Assembly (NCBI GenBank): GCA_017451735.1
Contig: JAFTNU010000036.1
Span: forward strand, 9,456-73,455
Source of the DNA: Clostridia bacterium
GTDB taxonomy: Bacteria > Bacillota > Clostridia > Oscillospirales > CAG-272
Direction: 5' to 3'
DNA: 64,000 bases
Shown here: positions 1-8,664 of the stretch, one piece after another
How the letters are laid out: the number at the start of each line of letters is the position of its first letter
Numbering within the stretch: position 1 is the stretch's first letter
Notes under the pieces: model-generated
What the model saw: the letters and a program-made list of their open reading frames with translations, nothing else
Databases searched by the model: none
What the model was told of the DNA's origin: nothing
Made by a program: the position numbers and the translations under genes

Positions 1-261
1 GGGCGGTGTTTTGCCCATAAAAGCGATCTTCCCTTCCCCCAGCGAAAAGGTCAGCTTGCCTGCATTGATCCTGCAAAGCACCTGCATAATCGACAAAAAG
101 CCCTCCGAGCGGCAAAAGCCCAGTGCCTCGCCCTGCAGAGCACGGTAGGCACTCATCAGCTCTTTTTGATCTGCCTCCCCCCCACGGACAAGAGCATCGC
201 GCTCGTTGACGCTTTTCTCATAAAGTTGGAAGGCCTCGGCTATTGACAGCTTTTGTTTCAT
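1..261 (-). CDS. hypothetical protein, 5' part only (continues past the left edge)
   Basis: ATG at 261-259 has AAGGAG 8 nt upstream. The frame is open to nt 1 (MKQKLSIAEAFQLYEKSVNERDALV...). No family recognised. Confidence 0.45.
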   Translation of the reverse strand, partial: MKQKLSIAEAFQLYEKSVNERDALVRGGEADQKELMSAYRALQGEALGFCRSEGFLSIMQVLCRINAGKLTFSLGEGKIAFMGKTPP

Positions 262-410
262 GGTTGTTACTCCTTACTTCACGGTAAAATTCCGATGATA
301 TACCACTTTGCATTATAATATAATTATTTTTTAAAGTCAATATATATTATAAATAATTCAGTTGAAAATCAATATTTTTGCCGCCGATGGAAAAGCTCTC
401 AGAAAGAAAA

Positions 411-460
411 ACAAGAGCAAGAATATAAGGATTTCTCCTTGTACTCTTGCTCTCTTTTTG
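411..460. terminator. imperfect GC-poor hairpin flanked by A-run and T-run, between the convergent/adjacent genes
   Basis: AAAAACAAGAGCAAGAATATAAGGA-TTTC-TCCTTGTACTCTTGCTCTCTTTTTG. The arms pair with 2 mismatches. It lies downstream of the feoB stop (571). Confidence 0.5.
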
Positions 461-570
461 TTTGTAATATGGGCTTGGCCTTGACCCATTTGCATTTGGC
501 CGATCAAATGCGATGCTTGCACTTTATGGGAAGTGGAAATTCTCCGCTAACGCACCATACGTTTATAAGC

Positions 571-2925
571 TCATGCCATGCCAATCAGCAATCCGATCAG
601 ATGCACGAGCAATGCGGCGATCCACGCAATGACGCATTGCCATACCACAACGCCGACGGCCCATTTGCTCCCGAGCTCGCGACGGATAGACGCGATCGCC
701 GCCACACAGGGGGTGTACAGAAGGCTGAACACAAGCAGGCAGGCGGCGCTGAGCGGTGTGATGGCGGTGGCCACGCTCCCCCCGAACAGCACCTCCAGGG
801 TGGAGACAACGCTTTCCTTAGCCATAAATCCGCTGATCAATGCGGTGCAGATGCGCCAATCGCCGAGCCCGATGGGATACAGGACCGGTGCCAACAGCCC
901 CGCTATAAAGGCAAGGATACTGTTCTCGGAGGACGCCACCAGGTTGAGGTGGAAGTCAAAGCTTTGCAAGAGCCAAATGACGATGCTTGCGATCAGAATG
1001 ACCGAAAAGGCTCTGCGCAGAAAGTCCTTTGCCTTTTCCCACAGCAGCTGTGCAACACTTTTGGGACTGGGCAAGCGATAATTGGGAAGCTCCATGACAA
1101 AGGGCACGGCCTCTCCGCGGAACAGAACGCCCTTATAAAGGAACGCCACCAGAATACCGACCAGAATGCCAAGGACATACAGGCCCGACATGATGAGTCC
1201 CTTGTGTGACGGGAAAAAGGCGTTCACAAAGAAGGCGTAGATCGGCAGCTTTGCCGTACAGCTCATAAAGGGGGTGAGCAAAACGGTCATTTTGCGGTCG
1301 CGCTCGCTGGGGAGCGTACGGGTAGCCATAACGGCGGGAACGGTACAGCCAAAGCCGATCAGCATGGGAACGATGCTCCGCCCCGACAGGCCGATCTTGC
1401 GCAGGAGCTTATCCATGACGAACGCCACGCGCGCAATATAGCCGCTATCCTCCAGCAAGGACAGGAAGAAAAACAGTGTGACGATGACGGGAAGAAAGCT
1501 CAGTACGCTTCCCACCCCCGTGAAGATTCCATCGATCACAAGACTGCGCAGGACCTCGTTCACCTCCGCTCGGATCATCCAGTCGGAAACCACGTTTGTA
1601 AGCCAATCCACACCGATCTCCATCAGCTCCTGCAGCCAGGCGCCGATCACGTTGAAGGTCAGATGGAATACAAGCACCATGATCAGGATAAAGGACGGGA
1701 TCGCCGTGTATTTACCCGTGAGAATTTTGTCGATTTTCTGGGAACGCCTGTGTTCCTTGCTTTCCGTCGGCTTGGTAACCGTCTGTGCGCAGACCTTACC
1801 GATATATCCGAAGCGCATGTCTGCAATCGCCGCCCCGCGATCCAGGCCTCGCTCGGCTTCCATTTGCAGAATGATGTGCTCAAGCATTTCCTTTTCGTTG
1901 TCATCCAGCCTCAGGGCATCCAATATGAGCGTATCCCCCTCCACCAGCTTGCTTGCGGCAAATCGGACGGGAATCTCCGCGCCCTTGGCGTGGTCGTCGA
2001 TCAGATGGATGATGGCGTGCAGGCACCGATGGACCGCGCCCTTGTGGTCGGTCTCATGACAATAATCCTGAACGGTGGGGCGCTCTCTGTATGTGGCAAT
2101 ATGTACGGCGTGCTCAATCAGCTCGTCAATGCCTTGATTTTTCGCGGCAGAGATCGGAATCACGGGAACCCCCAAAAGCTCCTCTATCGTATTCACATCA
2201 ATGTAGCCGCCGTTTCCGTTGACCTCGTCCATCATATTCAATGCGATCACCATGGGGACGTTCATTTCCAGCAGCTGCATGGTCAGATACAGATTGCGCT
2301 CGATGTTCGTGGCATCGACAATATTGATGATCGCCGTCGGCTTTTGCTCCAGCACGAAGTTTCTGGAAACGATCTCCTCACTGCTGTAGGGCGACATGGA
2401 ATAAATGCCGGGAAGATCGGTAACGGTAGCGTTCGGATACCCCTTGATGACACCGCTTTTACAATCCACGGTAACACCGGGGAAATTCCCCACGTGCTGA
2501 TTGGAGCCCGTGAGCCGATTGAACAGGGTTGTCTTTCCGCAGTTTTGGTTCCCTACCAGGGCAAAGCTTAATTTTGACCCCTGCGGCAGAGGCTCGCCGT
2601 CCTCCTTTCGGTGGTATTTTCCGGATTCACCGAGTCCGGGGTGAGAAGCCTTGGCCTTTTTGGGCGGAGGCGCCTTCTGCTCGCTTTTGCCAGCCTCGAT
2701 CGGCTTGATCTCAATTTTTTGAGCATCTGCCACACGAATGGTCAGCTCATACCCGTGAATTTTCAGTTCGATCGGATCCCCCATGGGCGCCAGCTTGACA
2801 ACCGTAACCTCGACACCGGGAATCATTCCCATATCAAGAAGATGCTGACGTAGGGCTCCTTCTCCGCCGACCGAACAGATCACGGCAGATTTTCCGATAT
2901 GCAATTCATTTAACGTCATGGTCAT
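571..2925 (-). CDS. feoB: ferrous iron transporter, FeoA-FeoB fusion
   Basis: N-terminal FeoA-like SH3 segment (MTLNELHIGKSAVI...GMIPGVEVTVVKLAPMGDPIEL), then G-domain GNQNCGKTTLFNRLTG and a long polytopic membrane domain. I placed the start at ATG 2925 (or 2919) because a consensus promoter lies inside the longer ORF that runs to 3054. Confidence 0.9.
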   Translation of the reverse strand: MTMTLNELHIGKSAVICSVGGEGALRQHLLDMGMIPGVEVTVVKLAPMGDPIELKIHGYELTIRVADAQKIEIKPIEAGKSEQKAPPPKKAKASHPGLGESGKYHRKEDGEPLPQGSKLSFALVGNQNCGKTTLFNRLTGSNQHVGNFPGVTVDCKSGVIKGYPNATVTDLPGIYSMSPYSSEEIVSRNFVLEQKPTAIINIVDATNIERNLYLTMQLLEMNVPMVIALNMMDEVNGNGGYIDVNTIEELLGVPVIPISAAKNQGIDELIEHAVHIATYRERPTVQDYCHETDHKGAVHRCLHAIIHLIDDHAKGAEIPVRFAASKLVEGDTLILDALRLDDNEKEMLEHIILQMEAERGLDRGAAIADMRFGYIGKVCAQTVTKPTESKEHRRSQKIDKILTGKYTAIPSFILIMVLVFHLTFNVIGAWLQELMEIGVDWLTNVVSDWMIRAEVNEVLRSLVIDGIFTGVGSVLSFLPVIVTLFFFLSLLEDSGYIARVAFVMDKLLRKIGLSGRSIVPMLIGFGCTVPAVMATRTLPSERDRKMTVLLTPFMSCTAKLPIYAFFVNAFFPSHKGLIMSGLYVLGILVGILVAFLYKGVLFRGEAVPFVMELPNYRLPSPKSVAQLLWEKAKDFLRRAFSVILIASIVIWLLQSFDFHLNLVASSENSILAFIAGLLAPVLYPIGLGDWRICTALISGFMAKESVVSTLEVLFGGSVATAITPLSAACLLVFSLLYTPCVAAIASIRRELGSKWAVGVVVWQCVIAWIAALLVHLIGLLIGMA

Positions 2926-2953
2926 TCCTACTTTCGCAACACGATTCGGCTCT

Positions 2954-2982
2954 ATTATATCAAAAAGTCCTTGTGAATTCAA
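2954..2982 (-). promoter_or_regulatory. sigma-A type promoter for feoAB
   Basis: On the minus strand: TTGAAT (2982-2977), 17 nt, TATAAT (2959-2954). This is about 30 nt upstream of ATG 2925. Confidence 0.6.
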
Positions 2983-3205
2983 GTCATTTTGATAAACATC
3001 GGAATGGTTCCCCAAAAAATTGTAAGCCTGCTTTTGGGTTAATGATTTTGGCATAGCTTTAACATTCTTTGCACAGGGGGTATTTTCAACGGGATGCGGA
3101 GGCGGGAGGGGCGCTCCCGCCCCTACAAAGGTTGGCGATTCAAAACGGGGATAGGGCTGTGTACACCGTAATGCATACGCCGTACACGCCGTTTTGAAAT
3201 CACGC

Positions 3206-3234
3206 TTGACTTTCCGGCGGCAAGGTGCTATAAT
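3206..3234 (+). promoter_or_regulatory. sigma-A type promoter with extended -10
   Basis: TTGACT (3206-3211), 17 nt, TGcTATAAT (3226-3234). Confidence 0.7.
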
Positions 3235-3296
3235 GTAGGAGATTTTAATATGCGTATATACTCATAATATGGTTGAGCGTTTCTACCAACCGCCGT

Positions 3297-3338
3297 AAAT
3301 GGTTGACTACTGCATTACAGTCGACCATTTTTTCTTTT
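3297..3338 (+). terminator. intrinsic terminator inside the leader of the 3350 gene (attenuator)
   Basis: AAATGGTTGAC (3297-3307) pairs with GTCGACCATTT (3320-3330): 11 bp including one G-U, with a 12-nt loop. It is followed by TTTTCTTTT. Confidence 0.7.
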
Positions 3339-3349
3339 GGAGGTAAGGT

Positions 3350-4717
3350 ATGAACTTCGACGTTATCATCATCGGCGCGGGCCCAGGCGGTATCTTTTCC
3401 GCATACGAATTGGTACAGCGCAGACCCGACCTGAAGGTGGCTGTTTTTGAGGCGGGTCACGCACTGCATAAGCGCAAATGCCCGATCGACGGTGACAAAA
3501 TCAAAACCTGCATCGGCTGCAAAAGCTGCTCGATCATGAACGGATTTGGCGGTGCGGGCGCCTTTTCGGACGGCAAATATAACATCACCAACGATTTTGG
3601 CGGCACGCTATACGAATACATTGGCAAAAAGCAGGCGCTTGATCTGATGCGTTATGTCGATGAGATCAATCTCAAATACGGCGGCGAGGGCACAAAGCTC
3701 TATTCCACAAACGGTACACGCTTTAAGACACTTTGTATTCAGAACGACCTGCATTTGCTGGATGCATCGGTTCGCCATCTGGGAACGGATATCAATTACA
3801 TCGTTCTTGAAAATCTTTACGTATATTTGCAGGATAAGGTGACATTTTTCTTTGATACGCCCGTATTGAGCGTAAAGGCGGTAGAGGACGGCTACGAAAT
3901 TCTTTGCGAGGGCAACGCCTATCAAAGCAAGCACTGCATCATTTCCGTCGGACGCAGCGGCAGCAAATGGATGGAATCGGTATGCCGCGAGCTGGACATT
4001 CACACCAAATCCAACCGTGTTGACATCGGGGTGCGCGTGGAGCTGCCCGCAAATGTTTTTGCCCACCTGACTGACGAGCTGTATGAGAGCAAAATCGTAT
4101 ACCGTACAGAAAAATACGGGGACAAGGTACGCACCTTCTGTATGAACCCCAAGGGTGCCGTTGTCAACGAAAATACAAACGGGATCATTACGGTCAACGG
4201 ACACAGCTACGAGGATCCTGCCAAGCAAACCGAAAATACAAACTTTGCCCTGCTTGTGGCGCAGCACTTCTCCGAGCCCTTCAAGGATTCCAACGGCTAC
4301 GGCGAATCCATCGCAAGGCTTTCCAATATGCTTGGCGGCGGCGTGATCGTGCAACGCTTCGGCGATCTGATCCGCGGGCGGCGATCTACGACCGCCCGCA
4401 TCAACGAGGCCTTTATCACGCCCACATTGAACGCCACCCCCGGTGACCTTAGCCTGGTGCTGCCCAAGCGCATTCTGGACGGCATTATTGAAATGATCTA
4501 TGCATTGGATAAGGTTGCTCCCGGCACTGCAAACGAGGACACGCTCCTGTACGGCGTAGAGGTCAAATTCTACAACATGGAGGTTGAGGTGGACGAAAAT
4601 CTCGAATCCAAGCACAAAAATCTTTATATCATCGGCGATGGCAGCGGCATTACGCATTCCCTTTCTCACGCCTCTGCAAGCGGTGTCCACGTGGCGCGCA
4701 ATATTGCCGCAAGATAA
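3350..4717 (+). CDS. FAD-dependent oxidoreductase, COG2509-type (uncharacterised NAD(FAD)-utilising dehydrogenase)
   Basis: N-terminal dinucleotide fold DVIIIGAGPGGIF, GGAGAFSDGK, C-terminal IGDGSG. SD GGAGG lies upstream of the ATG. It is a paralogue of the 25314-26918 gene. Confidence 0.8.
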   Translation: MNFDVIIIGAGPGGIFSAYELVQRRPDLKVAVFEAGHALHKRKCPIDGDKIKTCIGCKSCSIMNGFGGAGAFSDGKYNITNDFGGTLYEYIGKKQALDLMRYVDEINLKYGGEGTKLYSTNGTRFKTLCIQNDLHLLDASVRHLGTDINYIVLENLYVYLQDKVTFFFDTPVLSVKAVEDGYEILCEGNAYQSKHCIISVGRSGSKWMESVCRELDIHTKSNRVDIGVRVELPANVFAHLTDELYESKIVYRTEKYGDKVRTFCMNPKGAVVNENTNGIITVNGHSYEDPAKQTENTNFALLVAQHFSEPFKDSNGYGESIARLSNMLGGGVIVQRFGDLIRGRRSTTARINEAFITPTLNATPGDLSLVLPKRILDGIIEMIYALDKVAPGTANEDTLLYGVEVKFYNMEVEVDENLESKHKNLYIIGDGSGITHSLSHASASGVHVARNIAAR

Positions 4718-4825
4718 ATAAGACCGCACAGAACACCCAAAACGAATATAGCGCTATATCGATGAAGGGGCTGATTTATTTAGCGCCGAACAAAAACACA
4801 CAAATCAAAAATGAATAAAACGAAG

Positions 4826-4864
4826 CCGCTTTGTCATTAAAAAAATAATGGCAAAGCGGTTTTT
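4826..4864 (+). terminator. rho-independent terminator
   Basis: CCGCTTTGTCATTA / TAATGGCAAAGCGG stem (1 mismatch), A-rich loop, then TTTTT. Confidence 0.8.
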
Positions 4865-5017
4865 AAGGTAGAAATCCTTCTCCATCTAAATGACTCAGCC
4901 CCTTTTTGCATTGGCAGGCTCGGGTAATTCCCTTGTACCGTACAAGTGTGCATAATACGTGCCGAGCACACCGTCGAAAAGCAACTTTTTCAGGATTTCT
5001 GTATCGCGATCACCTTT

Positions 5018-5794
5018 TCAGCAATGAAGCTTATGATCGCTCTTGGGCGTTTCGCCATACAGCTCTTCCAGCTCGTGCTGAATCTCCTCGGCACGCTTGA
5101 TCTGATCGTTCAGATTCCACTTGCCGATATTGACGCCGTCCTTCATGAACATCGAGCCGCATTGATGGAAATAGAACTCGATATTGCGCTCCTTGGCCTC
5201 TAAAAACAAGTCTCTCACCCATTCGTACAGGATCGGTCTGACCTCGTTTTTGGGAGACATCTCGCCACCCACATTAACACATTTGATGAGTCCCGTATCG
5301 AGATATTTGCCAAGGGAGATCGGTGCGATGAGAGGCGAGCAGAACACCTCTCTGTGCTTGACAGGGGCAGCGAGAAAGGCCTTGAGGCGCTGATCTGCCA
5401 TTTCTTGATTCTCGATCGAAATGCTGATGTGCACATGCTCCCAGCCGTCGCCCCAATCGGGAGGAACACAATCCTTGATGCGCTCGGGGCGCTTGGTGGT
5501 GGTGACGAAGATGCAATCCCTTCTTCTTCTGATAAAATCCCAACAGCCGCCTCGCCACTCGTCAGCCTCTTCAATAAAGAAGTCGGAGGAGAAGCACAGC
5601 TTAACCAGCGATCCGGGAGGGCAATCCTTATCCTTCAGCTCGTAGGTCGTTTTTCCCTTGGTGATAATTGACGTATCCCGTCCGTATCTTCTATCCATCT
5701 TGTAAACGAAGCAGTTCTTACAGCCGGGGCTTGCTTTTTTGCAGCCATGCCAGGGATTCCACGGTATTGCTTTATTGATTTCTGTATTTTGCAT
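5018..5794 (-). CDS. DUF5131 (phage Gp37/Gp68 family) protein
   Basis: Hallmark N-terminus IPWNPWHGCKKASPGCKNCF (WNPWxGC...C..C). The rest is collinear with the N-terminal 250 aa of the 6250-7422 product (SDFF.EEAD.WR, PxDWGDGW, Y.W). Confidence 0.8.
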   Translation of the reverse strand: MQNTEINKAIPWNPWHGCKKASPGCKNCFVYKMDRRYGRDTSIITKGKTTYELKDKDCPPGSLVKLCFSSDFFIEEADEWRGGCWDFIRRRRDCIFVTTTKRPERIKDCVPPDWGDGWEHVHISISIENQEMADQRLKAFLAAPVKHREVFCSPLIAPISLGKYLDTGLIKCVNVGGEMSPKNEVRPILYEWVRDLFLEAKERNIEFYFHQCGSMFMKDGVNIGKWNLNDQIKRAEEIQHELEELYGETPKSDHKLHC

Positions 5795-5807
5795 GATGAC
5801 ACCTCTT

Positions 5808-6233
5808 TTATTTATTCAATATTTCATCCAGTACGTTTTGTGTTTCACCGAGCAAGCGGGTGAGCTCGGCAAACGCTCCCTCTCCGAGTCTTGCTTCAAT
5901 GGCTTTCAGATATTCCGTCTGCTTTGCTTCAAATGCATCGGCAAGCGCCCATGCCTTCTCCGTGGGACGGACATAAAAGCTCCGCTTGTCATCAAGAGAG
6001 ACTTCTTTACGGATATACCCCTTTTTCAAAAGAGCTTGAAGATGGGCCGCGATCATCGGCTTGGATACGCCGATCATTTCAGCCAGCGTCAGAGGGGTGA
6101 AATCCCCTTCTCGCCTTGTGATGATGTTGAGCACGCCCATCTCGCTGGGTCTGATCGGCAGATCCTTTTTCAGTTCCATATAGCCTCTTGAAAATTTAGA
6201 GAACACCATATTTGCATTCATGTATTTGTCCAT
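5808..6233 (-). CDS. MarR family transcriptional regulator
   Basis: 141 aa. Winged-HTH core TPLTLAEMIGVSKPMIAAHLQALLKKGYIRKEVSLDDKRSFYVRPTEKA. Confidence 0.85.
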   Translation of the reverse strand: MDKYMNANMVFSKFSRGYMELKKDLPIRPSEMGVLNIITRREGDFTPLTLAEMIGVSKPMIAAHLQALLKKGYIRKEVSLDDKRSFYVRPTEKAWALADAFEAKQTEYLKAIEARLGEGAFAELTRLLGETQNVLDEILNK

Positions 6234-6249
6234 CTGTCTGCGTCCTTTT

Positions 6250-7422
6250 TCAAAGCCTTACCGTTTCTGTACGTTGATTGGTAAACCACTGCGCTTCAAA
6301 GCCCGTAAACTTCAAAATGCAATAATCGAGATCGGTCACGCCCCTTTTGTAAAAGCGGGTAAAGAAGGGCTTCCAGAAGCGATTTTTGGTGGGCTGATCA
6401 GTCAGCACCACCATCTCTCCCTTGATCTCCACCCCCGAAAAGCTTCTGCCCTTTTCATAGAAATAGACGCACGCCTTGGGGTTTGCGCGATAGTGAGCCA
6501 CCTTTCTTGATGAGGTATAGGTGGCAAAATAAATATCGTTGCCGTCGATCAGCACGGGCTGAATCAACGCTCGCGTGGCGGGATAGCCGTCCTCACCGAT
6601 TGACGAGATGAGAGAGGTCTTCTGCCTTGCGATAAATTCGTAAATTCCTTCTCTGTTCATTTGCGTATTCCCCTTTTCCGAGCCGTGAAATCTGTTTTGC
6701 AGCCCCGATGCCAGCGCTTGGTCGATCTGCGTTTTGTTATCTTTGATATAGTAGGTCCTGCCATCCTTGACGAACACATTTCCCGTCTGTCCGAAGATGA
6801 ACTCGACGTTGTACGCAATGCATTGATCGTAGATTTTCCTCACCCATTCGTAGTGAAGCGGACGCATCCCCTCATAGTTCTCGCCGCCGGCCAGCTCCGT
6901 CTCGATCTGACCCGTTTTGAGGTATCTGTCAAGGTCGATCTCACCGATGAAGGGCTTGAGGCTGACCCATTTGTGCTTAGCGGGAATGTCTAATAATAGA
7001 GGGATGCGTTCGTCTGCCCTCTTTTGGTTTTCGCAGAATACCGCCAGGAACACATTATCCCAGCCGTCGCCCCAATCGGCGGGCAGACACTCCCGCACAC
7101 GGTGTGCTCTTTTGGTCAGGAGTGAGAAGGTCACGTCGGGGCGCTGTCTGATCATCTCCCAGGCCTCGTCGCGCCAGGGATCTGCTTCCTCAAGAAAGAA
7201 ATCGCTTGTCATGCAGACGCGTACAAATTCACCGGGCTTTATTTTGTAATTTCCCTGACGGTCTTTTTTGATTGGCAGATTGGCATCGGTTTTGTTCTTG
7301 TGTATCTCGCTGCCGTCTCTGTCTCTTTCTTTGTCGAGAAAAAACATATAGCAGTTTCGGCACCCCTCCGAGCATTTATGACAGCCGTGCCACGGATTCC
7401 ATGAGCGATCGTTTCTGTTCAT
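6250..7422 (-). CDS. DUF5131 (Gp37/Gp68 family) domain fused to a pyridoxamine-5'-phosphate-oxidase-like (FMN-binding split-barrel) domain
   Basis: N-terminus SWNPWHGCHKCSEGCRNCY. C-terminal ~130 aa (IYEFIARQKTSLISSIGEDGYPATRALIQPVLIDGNDIYFATYTSSRKVAHYRANPKACVYFYE...) looks like a PNPOx-like fold. Confidence 0.7.
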   Translation of the reverse strand: MNRNDRSWNPWHGCHKCSEGCRNCYMFFLDKERDRDGSEIHKNKTDANLPIKKDRQGNYKIKPGEFVRVCMTSDFFLEEADPWRDEAWEMIRQRPDVTFSLLTKRAHRVRECLPADWGDGWDNVFLAVFCENQKRADERIPLLLDIPAKHKWVSLKPFIGEIDLDRYLKTGQIETELAGGENYEGMRPLHYEWVRKIYDQCIAYNVEFIFGQTGNVFVKDGRTYYIKDNKTQIDQALASGLQNRFHGSEKGNTQMNREGIYEFIARQKTSLISSIGEDGYPATRALIQPVLIDGNDIYFATYTSSRKVAHYRANPKACVYFYEKGRSFSGVEIKGEMVVLTDQPTKNRFWKPFFTRFYKRGVTDLDYCILKFTGFEAQWFTNQRTETVRL

Positions 7423-7479
7423 CGTATAGTACCTGATATGATATTAAAAATCATCTTTTGCACGCTTCCGTTTTTCGAA

Positions 7480-7520
7480 AGTTCATTTGCGTGAACTATT
7501 ATAGTTCATTTGCGTGAACT
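7480..7520. promoter_or_regulatory. two tandem copies of an 18-bp palindromic operator (AGTTCA-N6-TGAACT)
   Basis: AGTTCATTTGCGTGAACT occurs at 7480-7497 and again at 7503-7520 (23-bp register). It sits 60-100 nt upstream of the DUF5131-MarR-DUF5131 operon start (7422). Confidence 0.65.
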
Positions 7521-7618
7521 TGTCAATATGATCTCCAAAAATTCTTGCCGCCGTTTTTTCTTGATTGCAGCGCAGGAATACGGCATTTGCCAACCGATTA
7601 ACTTTCGAATCGGCCGCC

Positions 7619-7647
7619 TTGACAGAACACGCTTTTGCGGCTATAAT
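7619..7647 (+). promoter_or_regulatory. sigma-A type promoter for the EamA transporter gene
   Basis: TTGACA (7619-7624), 17 nt, TATAAT (7642-7647). Confidence 0.7.
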
Positions 7648-7705
7648 ATAAAAATCACCGATCCGAGTAAGGTGATTTCAGAGAAACGGAAGGGGCGAAG
7701 ATGTT

Positions 7706-8617
7706 ATGAAGAAATCGGTGAAAACCGGCATTTTTTTGGCCGTTTTGGCGGCGGCACTTTATGCCGTCAATTCCCCCTTTTCCAAGCTTTTGCTAAGCTA
7801 TATGCCACCCACGCTGATGGCGGGTTTTCTGTATCTCGGCGCGGGACTCGGCATGGGGGTGATCGCATTGATACGAAAATGCCGCGCTAAAACGGCGGGC
7901 GAGGCAAAATTGACCCGTGCCGAGCTCCCCTTCACTCTTGCCATGATCCTGCTGGACATTGCCGCCCCCATCTGCCTTCTGCTTGGCTTGCGGGCCACCA
8001 CGGCGGCCAATGCTTCACTGCTCAACAACTTTGAGATCGTGGCCACGGCCATCATCGCACTGATGGCATTCAAGGAGCGGATCAGCCCACGGCTCTGGGG
8101 CGGGATCCTGTGCGTGACTCTATCCTGTGCTCTGCTCTCCTTTGAGAATATCGCAAGCCTGCAATTTTCGGCGGGCTCCCTGTTTATCCTGCTTGCTTGC
8201 ATCTGCTGGGGATTTGAAAACAACTGTACCCGAAAAATATCCTCCAAGGATCCGTTGGAGATCGTATTGCTCAAGGGGATCTTTTCGGGAGAGGGATCGG
8301 TGGTGATCGGCTTGTGCATCGGTGAGAAAATTACTGTAACGTGGTGCGTTTTTGCGGTACTTGGGGTGGGTTTTGTGGCCTACGGGCTCAGTATTTTTTT
8401 CTATGTTTACGCGCAACGGCTCCTGGGCGCGGCACGGACCAGTGCCTATTACGCCGTGGCCCCCTTTATCGGAACATTGCTCTCTCTTCTGATCTTCCGC
8501 GAGCTGCCTCCCTACACCTATTTCATTGCTTTGGTGGTGATGATCGCAGGCGCATGGCTTTGCTCGGGAGACAAGCCTCTGTTTCAAAAAAATTCCAAAA
8601 AGGATTGTGAAAAATAA
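7706..8617 (+). CDS. DMT superfamily (EamA-like) transporter
   Basis: 303 aa, about 10 hydrophobic segments in two EamA-like halves. Confidence 0.8.
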   Translation: MKKSVKTGIFLAVLAAALYAVNSPFSKLLLSYMPPTLMAGFLYLGAGLGMGVIALIRKCRAKTAGEAKLTRAELPFTLAMILLDIAAPICLLLGLRATTAANASLLNNFEIVATAIIALMAFKERISPRLWGGILCVTLSCALLSFENIASLQFSAGSLFILLACICWGFENNCTRKISSKDPLEIVLLKGIFSGEGSVVIGLCIGEKITVTWCVFAVLGVGFVAYGLSIFFYVYAQRLLGAARTSAYYAVAPFIGTLLSLLIFRELPPYTYFIALVVMIAGAWLCSGDKPLFQKNSKKDCEK

Positions 8618-8664
8618 GCGAAGGCAGGCCCCCGAGGACCGACGGCCACAGAAAAGGGCGGAGA

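Noticed and set aside
2926-3054. A 43-codon N-terminal extension of FeoAB.
   Set aside because: A consensus promoter (TTGAAT-17-TATAAT) lies inside it and no SD precedes ATG 3054. The FeoA domain begins at the MTMTLNEL start.
5018-7422. Prophage remnant, because of the phage Gp37/Gp68 (DUF5131) annotation.
   Set aside because: There are no capsid, tail, integrase, terminase or lysis genes nearby. Composition looks like the host. The genes are organised with a MarR regulator and operator like an ordinary chromosomal operon.
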